Positions 1-15,550 of a stretch of 64,000 nucleotides of DNA are shown here, one piece after another. Source of the DNA: Paraspadella gotoi. Taxonomy: Eukaryota > Animalia > Chaetognatha. Made by a program: the position numbers and the translations under genes. The stretch spans positions 4,169,569 to 4,233,568 of the forward strand of contig CM119268.1 of NCBI GenBank assembly GCA_051294375.1, given 5' to 3'. The first letter of the stretch is position 1, and each line of letters opens with the position of its first letter. The notes under the pieces were generated by a model, which saw only the letters and a program-made list of their open reading frames with translations, was not told where the DNA came from and searched no databases.

Positions 1-667
1 TTAGCAAACAACTCATAGGCGAGTTATTAATATTTTAAACGTAAGTGGGACAGACCAACGGACTGACATATCGACCGACCCGCCCGACAAGTTCACTCAT
101 AGAGTTGCTGCTCCGCGAATAACTCGCGATGTAACTAAAAATTCTTTCGACTATCAGGTGCCGTCTACGGTGCGCGTCCCTCGGATTCGCTTAAAAACGT
201 GGACGTCGTCAACTCGTACTGTCCCCCGGGGATCGAAGTCAAATACTTTATTTCAGATTGTCTTCGTCTACCGTGCGACGCAAACTTTTGGCAACACCGG
301 TAGGTTCGTTGGGAAATTGTGGAATGAGGCTACATTGTCCGAGTCCGCGTGTTAAAATGAAGACAAAATAGAAATCCAATTATTCAGAAATTACTTCCGA
401 ATAGATAGATAAATAATACTAAATAGAATAAGCATGCTATTATAATTTAATAGAACTCGAGAAGAATTTATTTACACGACTTGACCAACCTATATTTAAC
501 ACAAACAAAATTTTTTATTGGATCCAAATTCCTATTTCATTTTTTAGCGCCACTTCATATTGAACGATGGTCCCAATAAATGGGGTCGTCGTTTAGTTCT
601 AAATTTAGATCGTCTTTTTATAAATATTTTTAAATTGTTATTGAAGCCTGGAAATTTAGATATATAT

Positions 668-1414
668 TGTGGCGGTTATATTCACACCGCCTCACGTCCA
701 ACCATCCTTCAGCAACTCGCAATTGCTCAGAGGGGGAACACACCATCCCAGGCGTAGTGTTCCATCCACAGTCCTAACGACTTCCCTCTGCGTTGGCAAA
801 AGCGAGACCGTCCTAAGGGTAACCGCGCCAGTGACTGATGCGTCACTGAGTCGGAAGCCCCAAAGCCAACAAGTGAGATGCCATCCCAATGGCATCACAG
901 GCAACCCGGCCTGTTTTGCCATAAGTGTGAGCCCCTACTATCGAAACACGCACCTTTCTCAGGTACGCTACGACAAAGCGCCTATGCCCTGCCAACTTCG
1001 GGACGCTACGACAAACGCCTATGCCCCTGGGGTACGCTACGACAAACGCCTAAATGCCCCCACAACTCGCGCTCTCTCTCTCTCTCCCACTATGGTAACA
1101 GTCTTGTCAGACACCTCTCAGGCTTTGAGGAACCTGAGTGGAGTCTTGGCCCGGGGATCCTGTGGCGGTATATTCACACCGCCTCACGTCCACCATCTTC
1201 ACCAAATCCATTGGCTACAAGAGGGGGAACACGAACCATCCCAGCGCGTAGTGTTCCATCCACAGTCCAACGCTTCCCTCTGCGTTGCAAAAGCGAGACG
1301 CGTCCTAAGGTAACCGCGCCCAGTGACTGGATCCTCACTGAGGTTCGGAGCCCCAAAGCAACAGTGAGATAGCCCATCCCAATGGCATCAACAGGCCAAC
1401 CGGCTGTTGCCATA
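668..1414 (+). mobile_element. TRIM-like miniature LTR retroelement (two ~255-bp LTRs, ~237-bp non-coding internal region)
   Basis: Direct repeats 668-923 and 1161-1414 both start TGTGGCGG and end GCCATA. A degenerate PBS-like AGTGTGAGCCCCTAC follows the first repeat and a G-rich CCGGGGATCC precedes the second. Flanks ATAT / ATAAT approximate a 4-bp TSD. Three internal copies of GTACGCTACGACAAACGCCTATGCCC. Confidence 0.75.
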
Positions 1415-1724
1415 ATAATCCATTATCAACGGTCCTTGGAAAATTTTAGGATATAGGAAAAATATCATTTGTTTACATTTTATATAAACAATTTTTTCTA
1501 TTTTTATCTATACATACAAATTATATTTATAAAATAAGGTCTTTCTCTCTTTTATTCTTCCAATTATATGTCCGCGCTCCTCTCTCTCTTTTCTTAATCG
1601 CCGGTTCTTTGATTGGTCAATAAACGAATTGATTCTGCATTAATGCACTCTTTTTTTTTATTATTATAATTATTATTATTTATCAGTTTTTCGAACTCGG
1701 ATTTAAGCCTATACCGCTTTGGGT

Positions 1725-1861
1725 GTATCAAATGTTTGAAGGCGCCGGGGAACAAAAAAGTAAAATGGAATCTGAATTGGCACCTGCAACCTGAACTATA
1801 TGTTGAGCGCAGGGCATAAAAGTAAAATGAATCTGTATTGGACTGCAACTGAATAAATGGT
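1725..1861. repeat. Fragment of the ~60-bp ATGTTTGAGGCGCCAGGG minisatellite family, running into an N gap
   Basis: Same units as 4540-5400 (atgtttgaaggcgccgggg...aatggaatctgaattgg...gcaac). Confidence 0.75.
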
Positions 1862-2996
1862 NNNNNNNNNNNNNNNNNNNNNNNNNCTCATAATTCACGA
1901 CAACCGAGAATCAGGAAAGAGGGAAAAGATAAGGAAAAGGGAGGAAAGATAAATTGGTAGGGAGAGAGAGATGGGTATACTCAGAAGCTCGAATCAGCGC
2001 AGCCTCCGGGAGCAGCCGCGCGGCGGCCGAGCGGCTTCTCTGCCTTCGACTTCTTCGCTCGGCTCTTCTTCTCCTCTTCTCTTCCCTTCTCCCTTATCTC
2101 CCGATCCGTTGATGCGCGGTTCTGCAAAGTCGATCCGATCGGAGCTGCAGCGGATAACCTTACTCTTTTCCTCTCTCTCTCTTACTCATCGTCAACCCGA
2201 GAGGCTCTTCTCTCTGCCTCGACCGATCGATCATCGGTTCGCGCGGATCCGTGAGTCTCTTTTAAAGAGCATAACGGCTTTTTTGAAAATATTACATTTT
2301 GTAGGGTCATTTCACGATGTCAAAAAAAAAAGAAAAAAACAAAAAACAAAAGAAAGACAGAAAAACGAGAGAAACGAAAGAAAGAAAAAAAAAAGGAAAA
2401 AAATATTAAAAAATTTAAGACAACAAATTTTTTTTAATATTAATTTTGAGCTTAAAATATACTATCAATAAAAAAGATATAATCTAAAAATAATGATTAA
2501 ATATGCTGAAAACAATTGAAAATATGATAAAGAATAAAAATGATCGTAAATAGATGAATAGATAATTATTGCCATTTTGTTACGTGAGGAACGTATGAAG
2601 AGTAAAGAGTAGAAACAATTTTTAGAATCAAGTAGAATCAAAATTTGAGCTTTGGCACAATGAAATTTTATAAATAATGTTTTTTTTTTATTTTAATTTT
2701 TGCATAGCCAAATATTTTATACCATAGTAAATGTCAAAATTTTAACATATTTTTTCTTATTTTTGAAAGCAAAGATTTAATTTCTCCATTAATTTAAATT
2801 TAATATCTCGATTGACTAAATAATCAAATTCTTCTAAAAAAAGTCTAGCACATGTTTTTTAAGGTTTGCCATTTTGTCCTCAGAAAGCTTCCTTAGTGGT
2901 CCTACTGTTTTGAGAGGTCGCCTTAAGCCTTATACCAGGAAGTGGAGCCAAAGTTGAAAACAAAGCCATGCAAACATTTGTCTGGAATCCTAAAGC

Positions 2997-3063
2997 GTAC
3001 TACTACTACTACTACTACTAACTACTAAATACTACTACTACTACTACTACTGTACTACTACTA
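2997..3063. repeat. (TAC)n microsatellite
   Basis: Directly visible trinucleotide run. Confidence 0.95.
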
Positions 3064-3423
3064 TTTAATTAATATAATTAAATATCTGACATTATCATTT
3101 TCACTCATTTCTAAAATTTTAGTATTTCTTCTCCGACCCAAATGAGGTCTTTGATTTGAGCAATCAACTTGATTGAAATGATAGAAAGAAGAGAGACCCA
3201 GAGCAAGAAGAGCACAGAAAGAGAAGAGAGAGAGAGAGAGAGATAATCCCACCGGCCCCGATCCGCTCGGACTCTTCGACCGGAAGAAGCCGATCACCAT
3301 CCGAGAGAGAGAAAATCTCCCCGATCCGAGCGGAAGAAGCCCGGAAGGTAGAGTGATCGTCGGCAGCGCCGAGCCCGCTGCTCCGGTGGACGGCTGCGTT
3401 CGGGAGAGCTGAGTATATGACTC

Positions 3424-3472
<49 letters not shown>

Positions 3473-5219
3473 GGGAGAGAGAGGGAGAGAGAGAGAAAGG
3501 GAGGAAGAGGGCGAGAGAGGGAGAGAGGAGAGAGAGAGGGAGAGAGAGAGAGAGGGAAAAAAGAGGGAGGGAGAGAGAGAGAGAGAGTGAGAGAGAGAGA
3601 GAATGAAGAGAGGGAAAGGAGAAAAAATAAATAAAAGACAAAAAATAAAGGGGGGGGAAGAGAGAGGGAGGAGAGAGAGAAAAGGGAGAGAGAGGGGAGG
3701 AGAGAGGAGGGGAGAGGAGAGGAAGAGAGAGAGAGGAGAGAGAAGAGAGGAGAGAGAGAGAGAGAGGAAAGAGAGAGAGAAAGAGAGAAGAGAGAGATTG
3801 ATCATTCTGGAAATTAAAGGAAACTTCGAGAAAAAAATTGATGAAAACTACAAATAATAAAATAAAAAGTAAAAAATCACTAATTTAATTAACGTATAAT
3901 AAATTAGTAGTAACTGTGGAAGAAAGTTAAACAAGATGACGTTAAAGTTAAGTTAAAGTTAAAGTTAACGTTAAGTTAAAGTTAAAGTAAAGTTAAGAAC
4001 ATGTCGACGATCGAGAACAAAGAAAATTGTAATTGTTTGAAACAATTGCGTCAACAGCGATCGACATTTGCTTCCTGCAGATAATTCTCTTCTCTTCTCT
4101 CTCTCTCTCCTCTCTCTCCTTCCCTTCTCTCTCTCCTTCGCCTCTCTCTCTCGAATCTCTCTCTCATCTCTCTCCTCTCTCATCTCTCCTCACCCATTAA
4201 ATTCGCGCTCACAACCTTTCTGTTCAAATATCGCAAGCCGAAATAAAATACGTGAACGAGCACGAAATCTTTTCAGCAACATTTTTTTTTTCAATCGATA
4301 AATTCATTCAAACTAAAAAAAAAATCAAATAAAATATCGGTTTAATTGGAAATTCCGGCGAAAGCAAAATTGGAATTGGTCTCAACAATTTGGTTGATAT
4401 CAAATCTTAATTTATAATATTTTTTTCATTCGAAGGAATGAGTTGCGTAACGGAATTTAATTCATTCTTGTTTCAATGAAGGAGCCGATTGTGATTTCCT
4501 CCAAGTCGGGGAAACGTAAAAAGGAATCGAATCCGGCATCCCGCAACAGAAATAAATGTTTTGAGGCGGCCAGGGAACAAAAAAAGCAAATGGAGAGTTA
4601 ATTGGCGCTGCAAACAGAATAAATGTTTGAGGCGCCTGGGACCAAAACAATAAATTGGGGATAAAATCCGCTCACGCAAAAACAGAAATGAATGTTTTAG
4701 GCGCCAAGGGAACAAAAAAATAAAATGGAATCTGAATTGGAAACTGCAACTGAATTAAATGTTTGGAGGGCGCGCAGGGGACAAAATAATTTGGGTTCGG
4801 AAATCTGCTCTGCATAAACAATAAATGTTTTGTGGCGCCAAGGGAAGAAAAAAAGGCAAATGGAGATTAAATTGGCACTGCAACCTGATAAATGTTTGAG
4901 GCGCCAGGGGACAAAATAAATGAATCTGTATTGGGCACTGCAACTGAATATGTTTGAGGCCAGGGAAGAAAAAAGAAATGGAGATTAAATTGGCATGATT
5001 TGCACTGAATAAGTGTTTGAGGTGCCAAGGGGACAAAACAATAAATTGGGGTTCGTAACTCTGCTCTGCAAACAGAATAAATGTTTGTGGCGCCAGGGAA
5101 GAAAAAAGGAATGGAGATTAAATTGGCGCTGCAACAGAATACAATGTTTTGAGGCGCCAGGGACAAAAAATAAATTGGGGAAAATCCATGCTGGCAGACA
5201 GAATGATGTTAGAGGCGCC

Positions 5220-8300
<3,081 letters not shown>

Positions 8301-9243
8301 TTTCAAGCTGAGGGAATAAAAAGACCAAAAACGAGAACGAATAAAAAACGAGTAAAATTATAGGAAAAAGAACATGAACAGAAAAAAATAAGAACAACAG
8401 GAAAAGGAAGAACAAGAAGAATAGGAGGAATTAAAAAGAACAATAAGGTGAAATAAGAATAAGAACAATAAAAGGAAAAAAATAATAAGAAAAATAATAG
8501 AGGAAGAAAAAAAAATAAAAGGAAAAAAAAATTAAAAGGAAAAAAAATAACAATAAGAAAAATGGAGGTAAGAACAAAACCAATAAAAGGAAAAAAAGAC
8601 AATAAGAACAAAGAAGGAAAAAGAACAATGAGAATAAGAGAAAAACGGAAAAGAAATAAAGAAAAAAACCCGAAAAGAATTTAAGTAGTCGACGTCGCAC
8701 TGATTAAAAATGCAAATTTCATTGAACGACTCAAATCCCCGAAGAAAGGAAGAGAAAAAATCCGGGATATACGTCGACGAAATTGTCGTTGCGTCGGCAA
8801 GATCGTCGTTGGTCGGCAAGATCGTCGTTGAGTCGCAATATCTCGTTGTGTCGGCAAAATTTAGTTGCGTCGGCAAAATCGTTGTTGTGTTGTCTGGTAT
8901 ATTCGTTGTGGTTGCATGATAGGATGTCATTGCGTCCTTGCGTTGTCATTGTTTGTCAAGATAATCACTGCGTCGGAAAAATCTTCATTGTGTTGATCGT
9001 CATTTTTAATAATTAAATCGAGTTGAAATGAAAAATGTATTAACCCGTGCATGTACTCATCGATAGAGTAAGATTGCAATTTTTTATCTTTTATTATTGG
9101 TTTTAATCGTTTATTCTTTAATCTTGGTTTTAGTATTTTAATTTTAATCATTGGCATGAATCGTTTAATATTTTTAATTTTGGTTTTAATGTATTTAGTA
9201 TTTTTTAATCTTGGTTTTAATCTTTTAATGTTGGTTTTGATCT

Positions 9244-9341
9244 TTTACAAAGAATTTTATTCGCGTTTGTTTACAACGATTTTTATTTCAATTTTAAAAT
9301 AAAAATCGTTGTAAACAAACACGAATAAAATTCTTTGTAAA
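9244..9341. repeat. Near-perfect inverted repeat / hairpin (45-bp arms, 8-nt loop)
   Basis: TTTACAAAGAATTTTATTCGCGTTTGTTTACAACGATTTTTATTT pairs with AAATAAAAATCGTTGTAAACAAACACGAATAAAATTCTTTGTAAA with one mismatch. Confidence 0.92.
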
Positions 9342-9582
9342 TCTCTATAACACAAAGAAAAGAAAGTATTACTCAATCTCAGAATATTTTTATCTTGGTT
9401 TTAATCTTTTAATCTTGGTTTTCTTGTATTTGCGAGAAACTGAACGGAGTCCGAATTCAGTTGGGCTGGAACTTCTCTCTTTAACTGGTCTCTCTTTGGA
9501 AGCAGGTAATGGCTCGCTTATGGCACCGGTTATACCTGAGATAAAAAGGAGAAGAGAAGAGAGGAGAGAGAGAGGCAGGAAG

Positions 9583-9638
<56 letters not shown>

Positions 9639-10493
9639 GAGAGAGCAGAGAGGAGATATTTATGCTCGGCGGCAGACACAAATCATACCTGAATCTCATC
9701 GTTCGAGGAAGAAATAAAGGCGAAAAGCGAGAAAGAGTGAAAAAAAAGAAGAGAGGTGGGACGAGCGAGGGAGATGGAAGGAGAGAGAGAGAGAGAACGA
9801 GAGAGAGAGAGAGAGAGACACGAGAGAGCAGAGAGAGAGAGAGACGATAGAGAGAAATAAAAAAAGGAAGCGACGGTGGAAAAACTGCGTGAGGAAGACG
9901 AAAACAGTTAAAAAGAAAAGGGAAGGAAACGATTTTCAGTTATGGGATTTCACAATTTTTTTTGCTTTTTGTTTTTGTTTTTTCTAGTAAAAATTCTTTC
10001 TTGTTTTGGCATTTTTTCCTTTTCTCAGAAAAGAAATAGGAGAGAACCGTTTTAACATTTGTAATTACTCGGAGTTAAGTTCGTTACTAACTTATTCATT
10101 ACGCGCATAATTTCGTACCAGAAACAAGAATGGAAACAATGTTCTTGTTCCTCCTCAGTTCTTCACTTTTGTACCTGAGTAACGTGACAAAGAACGTGAC
10201 AGAAAAAACAAAACGAAAAGGAAGAATCACCATTCGCTCTTTTGTCTCACGCTCGAGGCGCGAGATTCGTCACACTAAACTAGGGAAATTGTTGAAAACG
10301 TTTCGTGTCGAAGTCATTGGCGTCAAATGAGACGCTGAGCAAATTTCATTGTAGTATTCCATTGTATTTTTAAATTGGTTAAATCTGATTAAATGAAAGC
10401 GACATAAAAGTTAATTAATTATTCACTAGTTATCTATTAAGGCATATAATTCTGAGAAAAATTTTTTGATATCTTGGTTGATAAGAATGTGGG

Positions 10494-11350
10494 AGAGCTG
10501 GAAATGCCAAAGCGCTGGAATGCCCCTAAGAGCTGGAATGCCAAAGCGGCGATGCCCGCAGTAGATTGCCTGGAAGAGCACGAAGCGCTGGAATGCCACT
10601 AAGAGCTGGCAATGCGAAAAGTGGAATGCCACCGAACAGCTGGAATGCCGAGAGTGGAATGCCGACAAACAGCTAGAATGCCGAAGAACTGCCATTGCCA
10701 CAAGAGCTGAATGACGAGAACTAGATGAACATTAGAATGCACCAAGGCTGGAATGCCGAAGGAGTTGGAATGCCACCAAAGAGCTGGAATGCCGAAGCCT
10801 CTGGCAATGCCACCAAGACGCTGGAATGCCAAAGAGTGTGGGAAATTGGCCACCCAGAGCTGGAATGCGACAAAGAGTTGGAATGCCACAAGATGAGATT
10901 CGAGGTGGAAGACAACTGAACCAAGAGTGGAATAGCCAACGACGAAGAGTAAGCACAGCTGGGAATGCCGAGCTGCTGGAAATGCCCACAAGGAGAGCTG
11001 AATGGCCGAAGAGTTGGAATGCCCACCAAGAGCTGGCAATGCCGAAGCGCTAATTGCACAATGGAATGCCAAGAGTAGGCTGATGCCGAGCAGTGGAATG
11101 CCAAGAGGTTGGAAATGCCAAGAGTTTATCCACAAGAGCTGGAAATACCGAAGGTTTGAATGCCACCAAGAGCTGGATGCCGAAGAGGTTGGAATGCCAC
11201 CAAGAGCCTGGAATGCCGAGGTGCTGGAAATGCCTGCAAGACGCCTAGGAATGCCGAAGAGTTGGAATGCCACCAAGAGCTGGAAATGCCCAAGTGACGT
11301 GGAATGCTCGAGCTGAATGCAAGATTGCAATGCCACCAAGCGATGCCCAG
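10494..11350. repeat. ~20-bp minisatellite (GAGCTGGAATGCC core)
   Basis: Roughly 40 degenerate copies of (GA)GCTGGAATGCC(ACCAA/GAA). Accounts for the overlapping spurious ORFs here. Confidence 0.93.
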
Positions 11351-13135
11351 AGTTGATGTGCAATCTTGAAAACCGAGACGAACGCAAACAATAATGATTG
11401 ATCTCTGTTCTATTCAGAGGATTAATAAGTCGCGACTGAATCTTTTCAGGTTTTTTTTCCCTGTCTAATCATTTCATTTTCGATTCATTTTGTTGGTTGG
11501 GGAGGAACCGACTTTAATGAATGAAAAAAAAACCCACAACGGTTTTCGAGAAAAACAAAATATTTCCCGATAGAACTTTGAGAAAATTCTTTTGTTTCCC
11601 TATATAATTTATAGCACACATTTTCTTGTAAACTTTTTGTCAAACTATAATCTTAAAACTATTCAAAACGAAATTTTCTTAAAATTTTTCTTTAGATATA
11701 ATCTGTGGTGTGGATATTTTTTTTATTTTTCTAATATTTTTTTATAATTTTTTAATCTTATTGTTTATCTAACTCGAGCAAAAAAAAGAGAGTCGAGAAC
11801 TTTTTAATCTAAAATCGAAACGCGCAGGCTATTTTTTTTTTAAAATTTTAGTTTGTTTCTTGTTCCAGACCATCTTGAAACCAAATTCATCTCTGCCTCC
11901 TCTCTCTCTCATTCCTCTCTCTCTCTCTCTCTCAGCTCTCTCGTCTCTCTCTCGTCTCTCTCTCTCTCTCTCTCTCTCTCATCGTCCCTCCGTTTCTTGC
12001 TGCTTCTCATTCGAATTCGCGCATCAAAGTTAATGCGACAACAGGAGAGCGAGAGAGACAAGCCAGAGGCAAACCAGATCAACAGGCAATGAGAGAAGAG
12101 AGAGAGAGAGAGGAGAGAGACAGGAGATGAGAGAAGAGAGAGAGAGAGAGGAGAGGAAAAGGAAGGGAATAATTTTAGCTTGGAGGCGTATAACTGCGGG
12201 CCTTTTCTCACATCCGCGCGGTCACGGTGAGAATAGAAAAGCAAGGAAGAGAGAAGAAATAGAAGCAAGACTGGAGATGAGAGAGAGAGAGAGTGTAAGT
12301 GAAAGGAAGAGAGAGGGAGAGAGGAAACCAAATAATTGTGAATAGGAAGCATATTTATTATTGGTAAGAAGAGATTAGTAATATTTATAAAATTAGATAA
12401 ATATGATAGCAGTAATTTTCATATAATTTCAATAAAAAATACAACATTTTCGTTCTAGGCGGAGATGGAAAAGAAAAAGATGATCAACAATGATGAGACA
12501 GGAGAGATGAAGACAAGAGAGGAAAGAAAAGAGGAAAAAGAAAGGCAAAGAGAAGAAAAGAAAAGAGAAAAAATCAAAGGAAGAGAGAAAAGAAAAGAGA
12601 AGAGAAAAATAAAAAAGAAGGAAAAGAAAAATAAGAGAATAGAAAGAAGAAAAGAAAAGAAAGAAAGAGAAGAGAAAGAAAGGAGAAAAAAAAGAAAAAA
12701 AATAAGAGGAAAGAAGAAACAAAAGAAAAAGGGAGAGAAGAAATGAAAAGAAAAGAGAAAAAAGAAAGAAGGAAGAAAAGAAAAGAGAAGAAAAAAAAGG
12801 AAGGAAGAAAAAAAAGAGAAGGAAAGAGAGATACGAGGAGATCACGAGGGTGAAGATCGTTTGAGAAGAGGAAGAGAGAGGAGAGGAGGAGGAGGAGGAA
12901 GAAGGAGGAATGGAGAAGTTGTGTGACCCAGTTGAGCGGCGGGTGAGAGAAAAGGTAACAAAATGTGAGATTTGAAAACATACGAGTGGATCAATATATC
13001 ATTGTGAGGAGAATTGTGATAGAGATCTAAGATTATAAGGTGAACACTCAACGTCACTAAATACTTAACGTCTGTTCTCAGAAGCATTGTAAAGTCTGTT
13101 CGTTAGGCTATGTCTTCTCTTCCACATTTCGAGAA

Positions 13136-13237
13136 TCAAGAGTTTGAAGAGGAAAAGACGGAACGCACTCGGAGGAAGGGTGAGTTTGATTGTAAGGCGC
13201 CTGGGTTACGGGTGAAAGGAGTGAGATCGGGGTGAAG
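13136..13237 (-). CDS. Tentative terminal exon of the Ig-like membrane protein gene (LHPDLTPFTRNPGALQSNSPFLRVRSVFSSSNS*)
   Basis: CAG acceptor in phase 0, matching the phase-0 donor at 13973; ends in a stop. A plus-strand exon reading is also possible here. Confidence 0.3.
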   Translation of the reverse strand, partial: LHPDLTPFTRNPGALQSNSPFLRVRSVFSSSNS

Positions 13238-13972
13238 CTGGTGTGAGTTTTTGGGTGAGTGACGTTCGTGAGACGACCCAGCATAAACGGTGACCCTCTC
13301 CCAAAAATATCTCCCGAAATGACCGTCGGGGAAAAAGAAGAGGATAAAAAAAAAAAGAAACAAAAAATATTTTTCCCCAAAGCGTTTAAAAAAAAATATA
13401 CGGCGTAAGAAAAATCATATAAATTACAAAAAAAAATATCGAGAAACGTAATAACAATATACATAATATCTATATAAACATTATTAGCGGAATATACAAT
13501 TTAAGAAAATAAAAAAGGACTCCAACCAAAAGCGAGGAAAAAAAAGAATTTATGTTTAATTTTGATAAGAGTATGAGATCGTAAAATACGACTGACAAAA
13601 CATTTACTAAAAAAATTTAACAGAAGAAAATAGCAAAAGTGCAGAAGGAAATAAGAATTAAACATAAAACTTAAAATTAAAAAGTGAGAGAGAAACAACA
13701 AACGCGTGAACATGTACTAACAGCAAGAAATTTTCTTTTTTTATTACGTCGCGTTAATCGAATATGAAATTTGATTATTATTGGATTTTTTTCTTTTACT
13801 TTCGTCGCCTGTACTGTAATTTAATATTTACATAGTTTTATACTTTTTTCCACTTTTTCACGCATCGTGAACTTTGTTTACAGCCACGACCCCCTGGCGA
13901 GGATTTTATCGCTCTCTCTCGCTCTCGCTCTCTCTCTCTCTCTCGCTCTCGCTCTCGCTCTCTCTCTCTCAC

Positions 13973-14247
13973 CTCCCGCGAAGACACTTCCGTCTGTAAA
14001 GTCGCGATCTGCGTCGACGCCGGAACCACGCCCACTCCGCCGCCGACACCCCCGACGCCGACGTTAAAGGCCGGCGTCAACTGGTAGATCTCTCCGTTGG
14101 AGTAAGCGCCGGGCGCGATGTCCACCGTGCGGATCTGCGGCAGCGAGAGGCTGCTCCTGACGCCCGGCGTGGCCAGCGTCAGCAGCGGCAGAGTGATGGT
14201 GCGGGAAACCTGAGCCATGTGGGCCGCCTCTTCGGGGGAGGGGAAGC
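13973..14247 (-). CDS. Internal exon, probable cytoplasmic tail of the Ig-like membrane protein (GFPSPEEAAHMAQVSRTITLPLL...LQTEVSSRE)
   Basis: GC-rich open frame between microsatellites; pyrimidine tract plus CAG acceptor (phase 1) and GAG|GTGAGA donor (phase 0). Phase fits the 25243 donor, but N gaps lie between. Confidence 0.7.
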
Positions 14248-15479
14248 CTGGCGAGGGGAGGTGGGGAAGGAGGGGAGAGGGAGGGGAATTGAGAGTGAAA
14301 GAGAAAGAGAAAGAGAAAGAGAAAGAGAAAGAGAAAGTGGGCAAAAGAGATTAATGATTTGACTGTTTAATAAGGATATTCGATATTTTAATTATGCGGT
14401 GAGATTACGTCATCTATTTGTCTTTCAGTTGGCTCGTCTTTCTGACTTTTTATTCATGTATTTGTCTTTCTCTCGATCTATTAATCTATCTAATCTATCA
14501 ATCTATTTCTTAAATATATCTATCTTTCTACTAATTCCCGATTGGCTTCAATATTTGGTTAAACTTTACATATTTAACCGAATCAAAGGGCACACTACAC
14601 ACTGCACAATGCACAGTGCACCAGGCACAATCACACAGTGGACTTACCCGTGTTGTAGGATTGCGACATCGTCATTCCCGTCGCGTTCATCGTCGTCACT
14701 GAAAAAAAAATCTTAATAAATGATATTTAAAAACAAAAAAATAATAAATAAGCGGATTTAATAAAGAGAAACGTTCCCGTCGTAAATTAAGCCGTTTTTT
14801 TATTATCGTAAATAATTGAATCTTTTATCGTCATCATCATCGTCGTTGTTGTCGTTGTCTTTTCCTTTTGTATCCGATTTCTGTTATAAACTTCGTTCTT
14901 TTCATCGAATATACCATCCATCAGTATAGACTTTGTCACCGTCGTTGTCAGCTTCTCTCAATATATATCAACTTTTCTATTCCGCTTTAAATATTGAAAA
15001 GAATACAGGTAATAGTATAATCTTATACGACTCTATTAAATGTTCCTGATAAGATACCAGTAATACTTGCCTGTTTCTAGAAGCGTAAAGTGAAAAAATC
15101 ATGAAATTGGTAAAACTAACAAACAAAATTTCTATTCCTTCAATAAATAGCTCACTTGCTTGCTGACTTTGGACAGAGAAGCAGCAAGCTTACAAATAAG
15201 ACTATCTCACAGACGAAGGCTATTAACTTCCTAGATATAGTGTTTCCCCAACACTTAGTGGTAAAACGTATTTTATTAAGTTTTGTAGTATTGCATTCTA
15301 ACGAGCTTCAAATAAAAATAACTCTCAGGAAATTGGTTAAACCTAAAAAATAATATCTATGGCGAGGGGAGAATGCCTGTGATACACGGGGCGATGAGTA
15401 TTTCATCACTGCGTAAGGGCTGCGGGCCTCAGTGACAGTTTCCTATCAATGGCTGTTTAGACCGCGCCGTCACATTGAT

Positions 15480-15550
15480 GTCAGAAACGGGATAACCAGG
15501 GATTGAACCCAACGCACATACAGATAATTTAGCCTACACACAGCCATCGA
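15480..15550 (-). mobile_element. Possible tRNA-derived SINE head
   Basis: Minus strand shows an A-box-like TGGCTGTGTGTAGG and a B-box GGTTCAATCCC about 35 nt apart; no cloverleaf. Confidence 0.3.

Noticed and set aside
669-1372. 214-aa and 164-aa ORFs at the window start
   Set aside because: They run across the LTRs of the mini element, with the two LTR copies drifting between frames; no protein motifs.
1971-3420. GC-rich islands at ~1980-2270 and ~3250-3420 as exons
   Set aside because: Exon-like composition, but I could not find a convincing frame with paired splice sites; left uncalled.
3164-3857. Long Leu/Ser-rich or Glu/Arg-rich ORFs (also at 12.4, 21, 28.2, 31, 49-54 kb)
   Set aside because: Translations of (CT)n/(GA)n and purine-rich tracts with no real coding complexity.
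10494-11387. CRISPR array or 262-aa repetitive protein
   Set aside because: Linkers are only 7-10 nt and unit length does not keep frame; ORFs on both strands come from the minisatellite.
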